Assembly: GCA_903959175.1 (NCBI GenBank)
Contig: CAJBVW010000147.1
Location: 1 to 61,920, forward strand
Direction: 5' to 3'
From: an uncultured Pseudomonadota bacterium
Lineage (GTDB): Bacteria > Myxococcota_A > UBA796 > SXON01
DNA: 61,920 nucleotides
The notes under the pieces were generated by a model that was not told the origin of the DNA, did no database searches, and worked only from the letters and a program-made list of their open reading frames with translations. Shown here piece after piece: positions 27,242-35,950 of this stretch. The translations under genes were made by a program, and so were the position numbers. Numbering within the stretch: the first letter of the stretch is position 1; each line of letters opens with the position of its first letter.

Positions 27242-27278
27242 CTGGGCTTCTAGCGGAGGTTCGTGGTAGCCTTCCGCC

Positions 27279-28991
27279 GTGGAAGCCGAACGGAGAGAGC
27301 TCGAGTTCCTGCGCACGCTGGGGTCCGGCGGGTTTGGGGCCGTCTACCTCGCGAATCTTCACGGCCGCGACCGCTTCGTGCGTCGCGTTGCAGTGAAGGT
27401 CATGCGCGAAGGACTCGACGCAACGCCCGACCTGGTGGCGCGCCAGAAGGACGAGGCGCGGCTGCTCGGCCTGCTCGCCCACGACGGCATCGTACAGGTC
27501 CTGGACCTCGCGGAGGTCGACGGGCGGCCAGCCGTGGTGATGGAGTACGTCGAGGGCGTCGACCTCGCGGACCTCATCAAGAGCACCCTCCCGCGCCGCG
27601 TCCCCGTGCGCGTCGCGCTCGAGCTCGTCGCGGGCACCGCCTCCGCGCTCGACGCCGCGTACAACTCGATCTCAGCGGTCACCGGCCAGCCGCTGCGCGT
27701 CGTCCACCGCGACATCAAGCCCGCCAACATCCTCGTGACCGTGCACGGTCGGGTGAAGGTGCTCGACTTCGGCGTGGCCAAGGCCGACTTCGCGCGGGAC
27801 GGCCACACCACGAACGGCGGCTGGGGCACGCCGCGCTTCATGTCCCCCGAGCAGTGGCTGGGCGAGCTCTACGGCGCCCCGGTGGACGTGTACGCCCTCG
27901 GCGTGACCCTCTTCGACCTCGTCGCCGACCGCCCCTGGGAGCGCCCGCCGCTCGCGCGCACCGCGTTCGAGGCCCACGTCGGCCACCAGCTCGATGGGCA
28001 GGCCGACGTCCCGGAGAGCGTCCTCGCGCTCATCGCGTCGATGACCGCCTTCGAACAGGGCGATCGCCCCACCGCGGCGCAGGTCCACGAGTCCTGCGAG
28101 GCCCTCGTCGCCGAGGTCGGCGGGGACAGCCTCGCCCGCTACGCGCGCGTCGAGGTCCCCCCGCTGGTCGAGGCACGGAGCAAGTCCAACGCCAACAAGC
28201 CGCTCCCCGGCATGGTGAGCCTGGGCGGTGTCTCCTCGACGAACGAGGGCGGTCGCGCGGCCGCCACGCACGAGCTGTCGGTGCAGGAGCCCTCCATCGT
28301 GGCCACCCCCACGACGGCCAGCGCGGGCTACCGCCCCGTGCTCGTCGGCGGCGCCGTCGTCGTCACCTTCGGGCTGTTCGCGCTGTTCCTCGCGCTCGTA
28401 CTCGCCGCCTGGAAGCTCTCCGCCGGCTTCGACGCTCCCACCGAGCTCGCCGACGAAGGCGCGGTGCCCGTCCCCGTCGAGGTCGCGGTCGCCGTCGTTC
28501 CCGCCGCCGCCGATCCCGCACCCGTCGAACCGGTCGCCCTCGCCCCGGCCGAGGCCCCCGTCGCGGAGGCCCCCGTTGAGCCCGCCCCGTCCGACAAGAC
28601 CCGGAACAAGGCCACGGATGCTCAGGCCGCCGCCCGGGACCGCGCCGCGCGCGAGGCCGCCGCGAGCGCGGTAACCGCCGAGGCCGCCGCCGAAGAGGCC
28701 CGCCGCCGCACCGCCGCCGCCCCCGTCGCGGCCGCCCCCGCGGCGCCGGCTGTCGTGCAGACGTACCCCTTCGACATCACGACCGACTCCATCGGCGTCG
28801 AGGTCTGGGTGGACGGTAAAAATATAGGTCGAACACCCATAAAAGACACGCCCCTGTCCGCCGGTTCGCACACCGTCGTCGTCGGGGTCGGCACCGGCCG
28901 CTCCGATTCCCACACCGTGACCATCGGCCCGGACGGGGCGACCGGCGCAAAATACTATCCCTCCGAAGCAAAGTGGCGGACCACCCGATGA
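27279..28991 (+). CDS. Ser/Thr protein kinase with a TM segment and a C-terminal PEGA domain
   Basis: GSGGFGAVY, VAVKV, HRDIKPANILV, DFGVAK and SPEQ. TM helix VVVTFGLFALFLALVLAAW. PEGA-type VEVWVDGKNIGRTPIKDTPLSAGSHTVVV. GTG start. Confidence 0.85.
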   Translation: MEAERRELEFLRTLGSGGFGAVYLANLHGRDRFVRRVAVKVMREGLDATPDLVARQKDEARLLGLLAHDGIVQVLDLAEVDGRPAVVMEYVEGVDLADLIKSTLPRRVPVRVALELVAGTASALDAAYNSISAVTGQPLRVVHRDIKPANILVTVHGRVKVLDFGVAKADFARDGHTTNGGWGTPRFMSPEQWLGELYGAPVDVYALGVTLFDLVADRPWERPPLARTAFEAHVGHQLDGQADVPESVLALIASMTAFEQGDRPTAAQVHESCEALVAEVGGDSLARYARVEVPPLVEARSKSNANKPLPGMVSLGGVSSTNEGGRAAATHELSVQEPSIVATPTTASAGYRPVLVGGAVVVTFGLFALFLALVLAAWKLSAGFDAPTELADEGAVPVPVEVAVAVVPAAADPAPVEPVALAPAEAPVAEAPVEPAPSDKTRNKATDAQAAARDRAAREAAASAVTAEAAAEEARRRTAAAPVAAAPAAPAVVQTYPFDITTDSIGVEVWVDGKNIGRTPIKDTPLSAGSHTVVVGVGTGRSDSHTVTIGPDGATGAKYYPSEAKWRTTR

Positions 28992-29782
28992 TATTACTCC
29001 TCGCCTCGCTCGCCATGGCCGCCTGCCCCGACATCGACACCGAGGTCGAGCGCGCGACCGCCGCCCTCGTCTCCGGCGACTTCGCGACCGCCCGCACCGC
29101 CCTCCAGGCCGCCGAGAGCTCGTTCGGTTGCGCGAAAGCCAGCAACACGCAGCTCGCCCACTACTGGCTCGTGGACGGCGCCGAGGCCCACCTCCAGGGG
29201 CAGGTCGCCCGCGCCCGCGCATCGCTCGCCGCCGCGCGGGTCATCGCCCCCGACGTGTTCGACGAGCGCCTCGGCCCCGACGTGCGCGCCACCTGGGCCG
29301 CCGCCCAGCCGGACGGCCGCGGCACCCTGCTCATCGAGCCCCCTGCCGCCGCCCTCGTCAACGGCGACGGCGTCACCGTCTGGCCCGTCACGCTCCCCGC
29401 CGCGAACCACGTTGTCCAGGTCCTCAGCGCCGACGGCAAGGTGCGGTACGGCCGCCTCATCCGCATCGGCCCCGGCGAGGACGCCGTCGTGGAGACCGGC
29501 CTCGGCCGCGAGCTGCTCCCCGTCGCGGACGAGGCGGCGCCCGCGGAGAAGAAGGGCAAGAAGTCGCCTGCGTTGCTGATCCTCGCGGGCATCGCCGCCG
29601 CGGGCGCGGGTGGGCTCGCGGGGGGCGCGCTCGCGCAGGGCTCCGTCATCGAGACGAGCCCCGACGTCGACGCCTTGGACGCCGCCTTCGGCCGCCAGCA
29701 AGCGTTCGGCTACGGCAGCATCGCGCTCGCGGGAGCCTCGGCCATCGCGCTGACGCTGCACTTCGTCATCCCAGCGCGCTGA
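28988..29782 (+). CDS. Lipoprotein-like protein with a PEGA-like beta domain and a C-terminal TM region
   Basis: ATG 28988 overlaps the kinase stop (ATGA). MILLLASLAMAAC, then LLIEPPAAALVNGDGVTVWPVTLPAANHVVQVL. C-terminal hydrophobic helices. Confidence 0.55.
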   Translation: MILLLASLAMAACPDIDTEVERATAALVSGDFATARTALQAAESSFGCAKASNTQLAHYWLVDGAEAHLQGQVARARASLAAARVIAPDVFDERLGPDVRATWAAAQPDGRGTLLIEPPAAALVNGDGVTVWPVTLPAANHVVQVLSADGKVRYGRLIRIGPGEDAVVETGLGRELLPVADEAAPAEKKGKKSPALLILAGIAAAGAGGLAGGALAQGSVIETSPDVDALDAAFGRQQAFGYGSIALAGASAIALTLHFVIPAR

Positions 29783-29784
29783 TC

Positions 29785-30540
29785 CTACTGGATCGGCCCT
29801 TCGAGCCGCCCCTCGACGAACTGGCGCACGCGCGGATCGTCCGTCTCTCGGAAGGTCTCCGCCGTGCCCTCGAGGATGACCCGCCCCTCGTGCAACATCG
29901 CGATCTTGTCGGCGATCCGGAAGGTCGCCGCCATGTCGTGGCTGATGACGAGCGAGGTCAGGCCCGGGTTCGCGTCCTGCGTGTCGCGGATGAGGGCGTC
30001 GATCTGCGCGGTCATGATCGGGTCGAGGCCGGTCGTGGGCTCGTCGTAGAGGAGGAACTCGGGGCCGCGCACCATCGCGCGCGCGACGCCCACGCGCTTT
30101 CGCATGCCGCCGGAGAGCTCGTTCGCCTGCTTCTTCCCCGCGTCCTTGAGGCCGACGGAGGCGAGCATGGCCTCGACCCGCAGGCAGATCTGCGGCTCGG
30201 AGAGCTTCGAGTGCTCCCGGAGCGGGAAGGCGACGTTGTCGTAGACGTTCATCGAGTCGAAGAGCGCGGCGTTCTGGAAGACCATCCCGAAGCGGAAGCG
30301 CTCGCGGCGGAGGTCCGCGTCGCCGAGGCGGGTGATGTCCTGGCCGCTGACGCGGATGATCCCCGCGTCCGGCCGCATCAGCCCCATGACGTGCTTGAGG
30401 AGCACGCTCTTCCCGGTGCCGCTCCGCCCGATGATGACCGTCACCTCCCCCGCGGGGATCTCGAGGCTCACGCCGCGCAGGACCTCCTGGGCGCCGAAGC
30501 GCTTCTGGAGGCCCTCGAGCTCGATGCCGACCTTCTTCAT
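29785..30540 (-). CDS. mlaF: ABC transporter ATP-binding protein, MlaF-like
   Basis: Walker A GRSGTGKS, signature LSGGMRKR, Walker B LLYDEPT. The start overlaps the permease stop (ATGA). Confidence 0.85.
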   Translation of the reverse strand: MKKVGIELEGLQKRFGAQEVLRGVSLEIPAGEVTVIIGRSGTGKSVLLKHVMGLMRPDAGIIRVSGQDITRLGDADLRRERFRFGMVFQNAALFDSMNVYDNVAFPLREHSKLSEPQICLRVEAMLASVGLKDAGKKQANELSGGMRKRVGVARAMVRGPEFLLYDEPTTGLDPIMTAQIDALIRDTQDANPGLTSLVISHDMAATFRIADKIAMLHEGRVILEGTAETFRETDDPRVRQFVEGRLEGPIQ

Positions 30541-31319
30541 CCGACGGAGAGCGGGGCGAGGATGAGCGTCATGAAGTAGTCGCTCGTGAGGATGAGCACA
30601 CCGGAGATGACGACGGCGGTGGTGGTCGCGCGGCCCACGCCCTCGGCGCCGCCCGAGGTGGTGAAGCCCTTGTAGCAACCGACCGAAGACAGGATCAGCC
30701 CGAACACGGCCGACTTGATCATGCCGCCGAGGAGGTCGTCCGGGTCGACCCACCACTCGATGCGGGCCTGGAACGCGCCGGGCGTGACCGAGAGCTGCTT
30801 GACCGCGACGTACCAGCACCCGATGACGCCGACGACGTTGAACACCATCGTGAGCGCCGGGACCATGAGCGTGGCCGCGAGGATGCGGGGCGCAGCGAGG
30901 TACTGGTGGGCGTCGACCGCCATGCTGTCGAGCGCGTCGATCTGCTCGGTGACCCGCATGGTGCCGAGCTCCGCGGCCATCGCGCTGCCGACGCGCCCGT
31001 TGACCATCAGCGCCGTGAGCACGGGTGCGAGCTCGCGGGTGAGCGACAGGGTGACGATGGCGCCGATGAGGCTCTCGGCGCCGAAGCGGGAGAAGCCGAT
31101 GTTCGCCTGCACCGCGAAGACCATGCCGGTGAAGATGCCCGTCACCATCACGATCAACAGGGATTCGACGCCGACGAAGTGCATCTGCTTGAACAGGATG
31201 CGCACCCGGTACGGCGGCAGCAGGCCCCCGCGGAGGGAGCGGAGCAGGAAGCCGACGTAGCGGCCCACGCCCTCAACAACGGAGATGATGCGCGCGCCGA
31301 GGCGGCTGACCGCGTTCAT
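30537..31319 (-). CDS. mlaE: ABC transporter permease, MlaE-like
   Basis: TLSLTRELAPVLTALMVNGRVGSAMAAELGTMRVTEQIDAL is the typical MlaE/Ttg2B core. Start at MNAVSRLG (ATG 31319). Confidence 0.85.
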   Translation of the reverse strand: MNAVSRLGARIISVVEGVGRYVGFLLRSLRGGLLPPYRVRILFKQMHFVGVESLLIVMVTGIFTGMVFAVQANIGFSRFGAESLIGAIVTLSLTRELAPVLTALMVNGRVGSAMAAELGTMRVTEQIDALDSMAVDAHQYLAAPRILAATLMVPALTMVFNVVGVIGCWYVAVKQLSVTPGAFQARIEWWVDPDDLLGGMIKSAVFGLILSSVGCYKGFTTSGGAEGVGRATTTAVVISGVLILTSDYFMTLILAPLSVG

Positions 31320-31399
31320 CGGGGCGCGACGTGGCGACGGGAGCGGGGCGGGGAGGGCGGGACCATCGGCTCGACCGCCTATCCGGTTAAGCACCGCGG

Positions 31400-32332
31400 A
31401 TGCGCATCCTCGTGACCGGCGGAGCCGGCTTCGTCCCCTCCCATCTCTGTGAACGCCTCCTCACGGACGGTCACGACGTCGTCGCAGTCGACAACTTCGT
31501 CACCGGGCACCGTCGTAACCTCGCGGTGTTGGAGAAGCACCCCCGCTTCTCCTTCGTCGAGGCCGACGTGACCAAGGTGCTGCCCGTCGACGGCCGGGTG
31601 GACCGCATCTTCCACATGGCCTCGCCCGCGAGCCCCATCGACTACGTCCAGCTCCCCTTCGAGACGCTCTACGCCGGCAGCGACGCCACGCGCATCGGAC
31701 TCGAGCGCGCGCAGGCGGACGGCGCGCGGTTCCTCCTCGCGTCCACCTCCGAGGTCTACGGGGACCCCGCGGTGCACCCCCAGGTCGAGTCGTACTGGGG
31801 CAACGTGAACCCCATCGGGCCGCGCAGCGTCTACGACGAGGCGAAGCGCTACGGCGAAGCCCTCACCATGGCCTTCCACCGCTACCACGGCGTCCAGACG
31901 CGCATCGTGCGCATCTTCAACACCTACGGGCCCCGCATGCGCGCGAACGACGGGCGCGTCATGCCCGCGTTCTGCAGCCAGGCCCTGCGCGGCGAGCCCC
32001 TGACGGTGTTCGGCGCAGGAAACCAGACGCGGAGCTTCTGCTACGTGACCGACCTCGTGGACGGCATCGTCCGCCTCATGGAGTCGGACCTCACGGAGCC
32101 CTGCAACGTCGGCAACCCGCACGAGATGACCATGCTCGAGCTGGCCGAGTACATCAACCAGTTCACCGGGAACAAGGCAGGGATCGTCCACCGCCCCCTG
32201 CCCACCGACGACCCCACGCAGCGCAAGCCGGACATCACCCGCGCCCGGACCACCCTCGGCTGGGAGCCGAAGGTGCCGTTCGCCGAGGGCGTCGAGCGCA
32301 CCGTCGCGTACTTCCGGGAGATCCTGGCGTAG
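31400..32332 (+). CDS. UDP-glucuronate decarboxylase (UDP-xylose synthase-type SDR)
   Basis: [29 protein letters not shown] (YxxxK) and [11 protein letters not shown] match the UXS family pattern. Confidence 0.8.
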   Translation: MRILVTGGAGFVPSHLCERLLTDGHDVVAVDNFVTGHRRNLAVLEKHPRFSFVEADVTKVLPVDGRVDRIFHMASPASPIDYVQLPFETLYAGSDATRIGLERAQADGARFLLASTSEVYGDPAVHPQVESYWGNVNPIGPRSVYDEAKRYGEALTMAFHRYHGVQTRIVRIFNTYGPRMRANDGRVMPAFCSQALRGEPLTVFGAGNQTRSFCYVTDLVDGIVRLMESDLTEPCNVGNPHEMTMLELAEYINQFTGNKAGIVHRPLPTDDPTQRKPDITRARTTLGWEPKVPFAEGVERTVAYFREILA

Positions 32333-32353
32333 TCCGCCGGGATCCCCGGGCGC

Positions 32354-34060
32354 TCACATCCGTTCGAGGACCGTGAGCCCGAGCAGCTCCATGCCGTGGC
32401 GGAGGACGCGGCGCGTGGCCTCGACGAGCGCGAGGCGGGACGCGCGCGCCTCGCCGCCCTTGAGCACCGGACAGTCGTGGAAGAAGCGGTTGAACCGCCC
32501 GGCGATCTCGTAGAGGTGCTCGGCGAGCTGGTTCGGCCGGTAGCCTCGGGTCGCGGCCGCGACGAGCTCGGGGTAGCGCGCGAGGGCGAGCGCGAGGTCC
32601 CGCTCCAACGGGTGTCCGAGGGCGATCGCCGCGAGGTCGGGGAGCTGGCCGCCCTCCTCCGCGGAGCGCGCCTTCGCGAGCACGGACGCCGCGCGCGCGT
32701 AGCTGTAGAGCAGGTACGGCGCGGTGTTCCCCTCGAGGGACAACATGCGGTCCCAGTCGAAGGTGATGTTGGTCTGCGGGTGCTGCGAGAGGTCGGCGTA
32801 CCGCACGGCGCCGACGCCGACGGCCTCCGCGATGGCGGCGCGCGCCTCGTCGGAGAGCTGCGGCGACTTGGCGTCGACCACGGCGCGGGCGCGGCGCACG
32901 GCCTCGTCCAGGAGGTCCACGAGGCGGATGGTGTTCCCGCCGCGGGTGCTCGAGATGGCGCCGTCCGGGAGCACAAGCATGCCGAACCAGGCGTGCACGA
33001 GGTCCGCGTCGGTGAGGCCCAAACGGCGGCTCACCTCGAAGAACTGCTGGAAGTGCCGCTGCTGGCGCATGTCGGTGACGTAGATCATGCGATCCGGCTG
33101 CCAGCGGTCCTCGCGGTAGCGGACACACGCGAGGTCGGACGTGGCGTAGTTGTCGGCGCCGTCCCTCTTGCGGGCGATCATCACGTCGTTCTCGAAGCGC
33201 ACGATGATCGCGCCCTCCGAATGTTCGGCGACGCTCGTCGCGAGCAGGTCGTGCACGATCGCGTCGGTCATGCCGGTGTAGGCGCTCTCGCCCAGCACCT
33301 CGTCGAAGCGGACGCCGAGGCGCGCGTAGACACCCTCGAACTCGGCCATCGAGATGGCGATGAACCGCTTCCACAGCGCGATGTTCTCCGCGTCCCCCTT
33401 CTGGAGCTTCGCGATCTCGGCGCGCGCCTGGTCGGCGAGGGTGGGGTCTTCCTTCGCCTTGTCCCCGAAGAGCACGTAGATCCGTTCGAGCTCTCCGATC
33501 GCATCCGCCTCGAATGCTTCGGGATCCAGCCAGTTGCGGTAGGCCACGATGAGCTTGCCGAACTGGGTGCCCCAGTCGCCGATGTGGTTGTCGCCCACGA
33601 CGGTCCACCCCTCGGCGCGGTGCATCGAGACGAGCGCGTGGCCGATGTGGGTCGACCGCATGTGGCCGATGTGCATGCGCTTCGCCACGTTCGGCGAGGA
33701 GAAGTCCACCACGGCGGTGCGTCCGGCGCCCACCTGGGCAACGCCCATCGCGGGGCTGTCCACCTGGGCGGCGAGGGTGCGGGCGATCCACGCGTCGTCG
33801 AGGGTGAGGTTGATGAAACCGGGACCGGCGACCTCCACCTTGCGGATGGCAGGGTGCGCAGCCTCCTCGATGAGGGGGCGGAGCTTCTCGGCGAGGGCGC
33901 GCGGGTTCATGCGCAGGGACTTCGCCATGCGGAACGCGAAGTTCCACTGGTAGTCGCCGTGGGCGGGGTTGCCGGTGGGCGCGACGGGCTCGACCTCGGC
34001 GGCGGGGTCGACGGTGGCGGCGACGGCGGTGAGGACAGGATGCAGAAGAGCGGGGATCAT
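32354..34060 (-). CDS. argS: Arginine--tRNA ligase
   Basis: SSPNVAKRMHIGHMRST (HIGH motif), an anticodon-binding C-terminus ending in ...LERM, and a length of 568 aa. Confidence 0.9.
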   Translation of the reverse strand: MIPALLHPVLTAVAATVDPAAEVEPVAPTGNPAHGDYQWNFAFRMAKSLRMNPRALAEKLRPLIEEAAHPAIRKVEVAGPGFINLTLDDAWIARTLAAQVDSPAMGVAQVGAGRTAVVDFSSPNVAKRMHIGHMRSTHIGHALVSMHRAEGWTVVGDNHIGDWGTQFGKLIVAYRNWLDPEAFEADAIGELERIYVLFGDKAKEDPTLADQARAEIAKLQKGDAENIALWKRFIAISMAEFEGVYARLGVRFDEVLGESAYTGMTDAIVHDLLATSVAEHSEGAIIVRFENDVMIARKRDGADNYATSDLACVRYREDRWQPDRMIYVTDMRQQRHFQQFFEVSRRLGLTDADLVHAWFGMLVLPDGAISSTRGGNTIRLVDLLDEAVRRARAVVDAKSPQLSDEARAAIAEAVGVGAVRYADLSQHPQTNITFDWDRMLSLEGNTAPYLLYSYARAASVLAKARSAEEGGQLPDLAAIALGHPLERDLALALARYPELVAAATRGYRPNQLAEHLYEIAGRFNRFFHDCPVLKGGEARASRLALVEATRRVLRHGMELLGLTVLERM

Positions 34061-34071
34061 GGGCCGCGCAT

Positions 34072-34830
34072 CTATCCCGGTCGGACCTGCTCCGCTTCGG
34101 GGAGGGGCACGGGAGCGCGGCGGTGCCCTGGGTCGTGCGCGCACGCGCCGTCCACGAACTCGGTCACCCACCCCGCGGTCAGCGGGCCAGGGCGCCACAG
34201 CTCCCGCGAACCGACGCGGCCGTCCGGGAAGGCGCCGCCGCAAAACGTCCCGCCGGGGGCCCGCGCGAGGGACGTGAGCGTGAGGTAGAGCGTCTCCTTG
34301 GCGCCGTCCACGCAGTCCATCGTGGCGCATCCGGTCGGATCGATGGGCTCCTTGGCCTCGAGCCGCTCCTTGAACCACGTCCGCCAGAAGAGGCGCTGCG
34401 CGTCCGGCGCGCGCGGGAGGTCGGCGTAGGGCACCGCCACGACGGCGGCCTCGGCGAGCGGGAGGTCGGTCGCGGCGCGGGCCCCCTCACGGACGAGGTG
34501 GAAGGTGCACTCCCGGCCGAAGGCGGTGGCCTCGCAGGCCGCGAAGGCGCGGGCGAGGTTCCCGGCGCGGGCCTCCCGTTCGGCGTAGAGGAACACGCAC
34601 TCGTGGCGCCACACCCCGTCTGCGATCGGGTCACAGTCGTGCTCATCGAGGCGGCCGTGCGTGTCCATCGAGGCGACGAGGCAGTCGTCCCGTTGCACGG
34701 CAGGGAGCCGCCCGCAGAGGGCGCGTGCGTCGTCCCAGGTGGGGGCAGCGAGGGCGTCCCGGTACAGCTCGCCGGTGCCGGGGGCCTCCCCGCCACACGC
34801 GAGGAGGACCAGGAGCGTCAGCTCTCGCAC
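34072..34830 (-). CDS. Cys-rich lipoprotein, unknown function
   Basis: GTG 34830. Lipobox LLVLLACGG. At least 12 Cys are spread through the mature part. It overlaps the upstream zinc-ribbon gene by 13 nt. Confidence 0.55.
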   Translation of the reverse strand: MRELTLLVLLACGGEAPGTGELYRDALAAPTWDDARALCGRLPAVQRDDCLVASMDTHGRLDEHDCDPIADGVWRHECVFLYAEREARAGNLARAFAACEATAFGRECTFHLVREGARAATDLPLAEAAVVAVPYADLPRAPDAQRLFWRTWFKERLEAKEPIDPTGCATMDCVDGAKETLYLTLTSLARAPGGTFCGGAFPDGRVGSRELWRPGPLTAGWVTEFVDGACAHDPGHRRAPVPLPEAEQVRPG

Positions 34831-35066
34831 GAGCCGGGGACGCTGCCGCAGTGCCCGCAGGACTCGCCCGACGCGGGGGTCGCGCGGCCGCTCCCGCCGC
34901 CACCACCCTTGCCGATGTACGGGGCGGTCACCACGCGGCTGAGCGCGCCGGCGTCCGCGCAGAGCCCGGAGAGCTCGGGAACGTCGTCACAGGTCGAGGG
35001 CTCGCGGCCGCGGACCAGCACATCGGCCGTCTTTCCGCACGCGCACCGGTAGGCGTAGATGGGCAT
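34818..35066 (-). CDS. FmdB-family zinc-ribbon protein (CxxC...CxxC)
   Basis: The N-terminus MPIYAYRCACGKTADVL is typical of the FmdB/TIGR02605 type. Gly-rich tail with a terminal CGHCG. Only the last 82 codons of the 647-aa track ORF look real. Confidence 0.7.
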   Translation of the reverse strand: MPIYAYRCACGKTADVLVRGREPSTCDDVPELSGLCADAGALSRVVTAPYIGKGGGGGSGRATPASGESCGHCGSVPGSCES

Positions 35067-35119
35067 CGGTTGCCTCCACCGCCGTCCTAACCCCGCGCCC
35101 GGCGGGTTACCCACCCTTC

Positions 35120-35413
35120 GTGGTCTGGCTGCTCCTCCTCCTCGCATGCCCCTCGCCCTCGGGCCCCGCCCCCACCGGCAGCCGCTCGTCGGATCTCGCC
35201 CAGCGCACGGCTGAGGTCGGCCGGCGCTCCGACGTGCTCGCCGAGCGGACGCGGGCGCTCGAAGGGCTGTTCGACGAGCTCCGGGCGGCCCCGCCGGGCG
35301 CGCGCGAACAGGTGCGCGCCGAGATCCAGCAGACGGCTGTGGGCCTCTCCGAGGAGGCCGAGGCCATCCGCGACGAGGTCGAGGCGATCGAGGCCGCAGC
35401 GCGGGTCTGGTGA
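35120..35413 (+). CDS. Small lipoprotein with a predicted coiled-coil
   Basis: GTG start, lipobox LLLLLACPS, then Ala/Glu/Arg-rich heptad-like sequence. Confidence 0.45.
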   Translation: MVWLLLLLACPSPSGPAPTGSRSSDLAQRTAEVGRRSDVLAERTRALEGLFDELRAAPPGAREQVRAEIQQTAVGLSEEAEAIRDEVEAIEAAARVW

Positions 35414-35419
35414 GAGCGG

Positions 35420-35935
35420 CTACTTCGTGAGCGCGCGCAGGCGGCCCTGCGTCTCGGTGCGCAGCTTCCGGTAGTCGATCGCCTCGATCTGCTGGGCGAC
35501 CACCACCACGCCGGTCCCCACGACCTTGCCCTCCGGCAGCGTTGCGTCCGCTTTCGCGAGGCACAGCCACGTCGCGCGGGCAGGCGGCGCCTGCCCGTCC
35601 CAGCCCTTCGCGAGGGAGATGAGCACGGCGGCCTGCGCCGCGTCGGCCGGCGGCAACGGGCCGGCAGCGGGCCACGGCGCCACGATCACACGGGCGCCGT
35701 CCTCCCCGCCGAGGTGCCCGCAGACGCGCCCGTCCCCGGTGAGCGTGGGCGGCAGGTGCATCTGCGAGAGCCGGTGGGCGAACACCTCGCCGGCGTCCGC
35801 CCCGGGCCGCGTGAGCGCGTGCACGTCCCGCTGGAGATCCTCCGCCGAGATGGCCTTCACGCCGCCCTCGGGCAACTCGACGCCCAGCTGTTCGGCCGGG
35901 CACGCGACGAGCAGCGGGAGCGCAAGCAAGAGCAT
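35420..35935 (-). CDS. Lipoprotein, unknown function
   Basis: Lipobox MLLLALPLLVAC with good GC3. No family recognised. Confidence 0.5.
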   Translation of the reverse strand: MLLLALPLLVACPAEQLGVELPEGGVKAISAEDLQRDVHALTRPGADAGEVFAHRLSQMHLPPTLTGDGRVCGHLGGEDGARVIVAPWPAAGPLPPADAAQAAVLISLAKGWDGQAPPARATWLCLAKADATLPEGKVVGTGVVVVAQQIEAIDYRKLRTETQGRLRALTK

Positions 35936-35950
35936 CGGACGGCGAAGCTA

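Noticed and set aside
28994-29761. A minus-strand 255-aa ORF downstream of mlaF, considered as a possible missing mlaD.
   Set aside because: It has no N-terminal TM helix or MCE-like beta pattern, and its composition is Gly/Arg/Asp/Glu-rich shadow sequence. The plus-strand lipoprotein gene in the same place has a lipobox and an ATGA coupling to the kinase.
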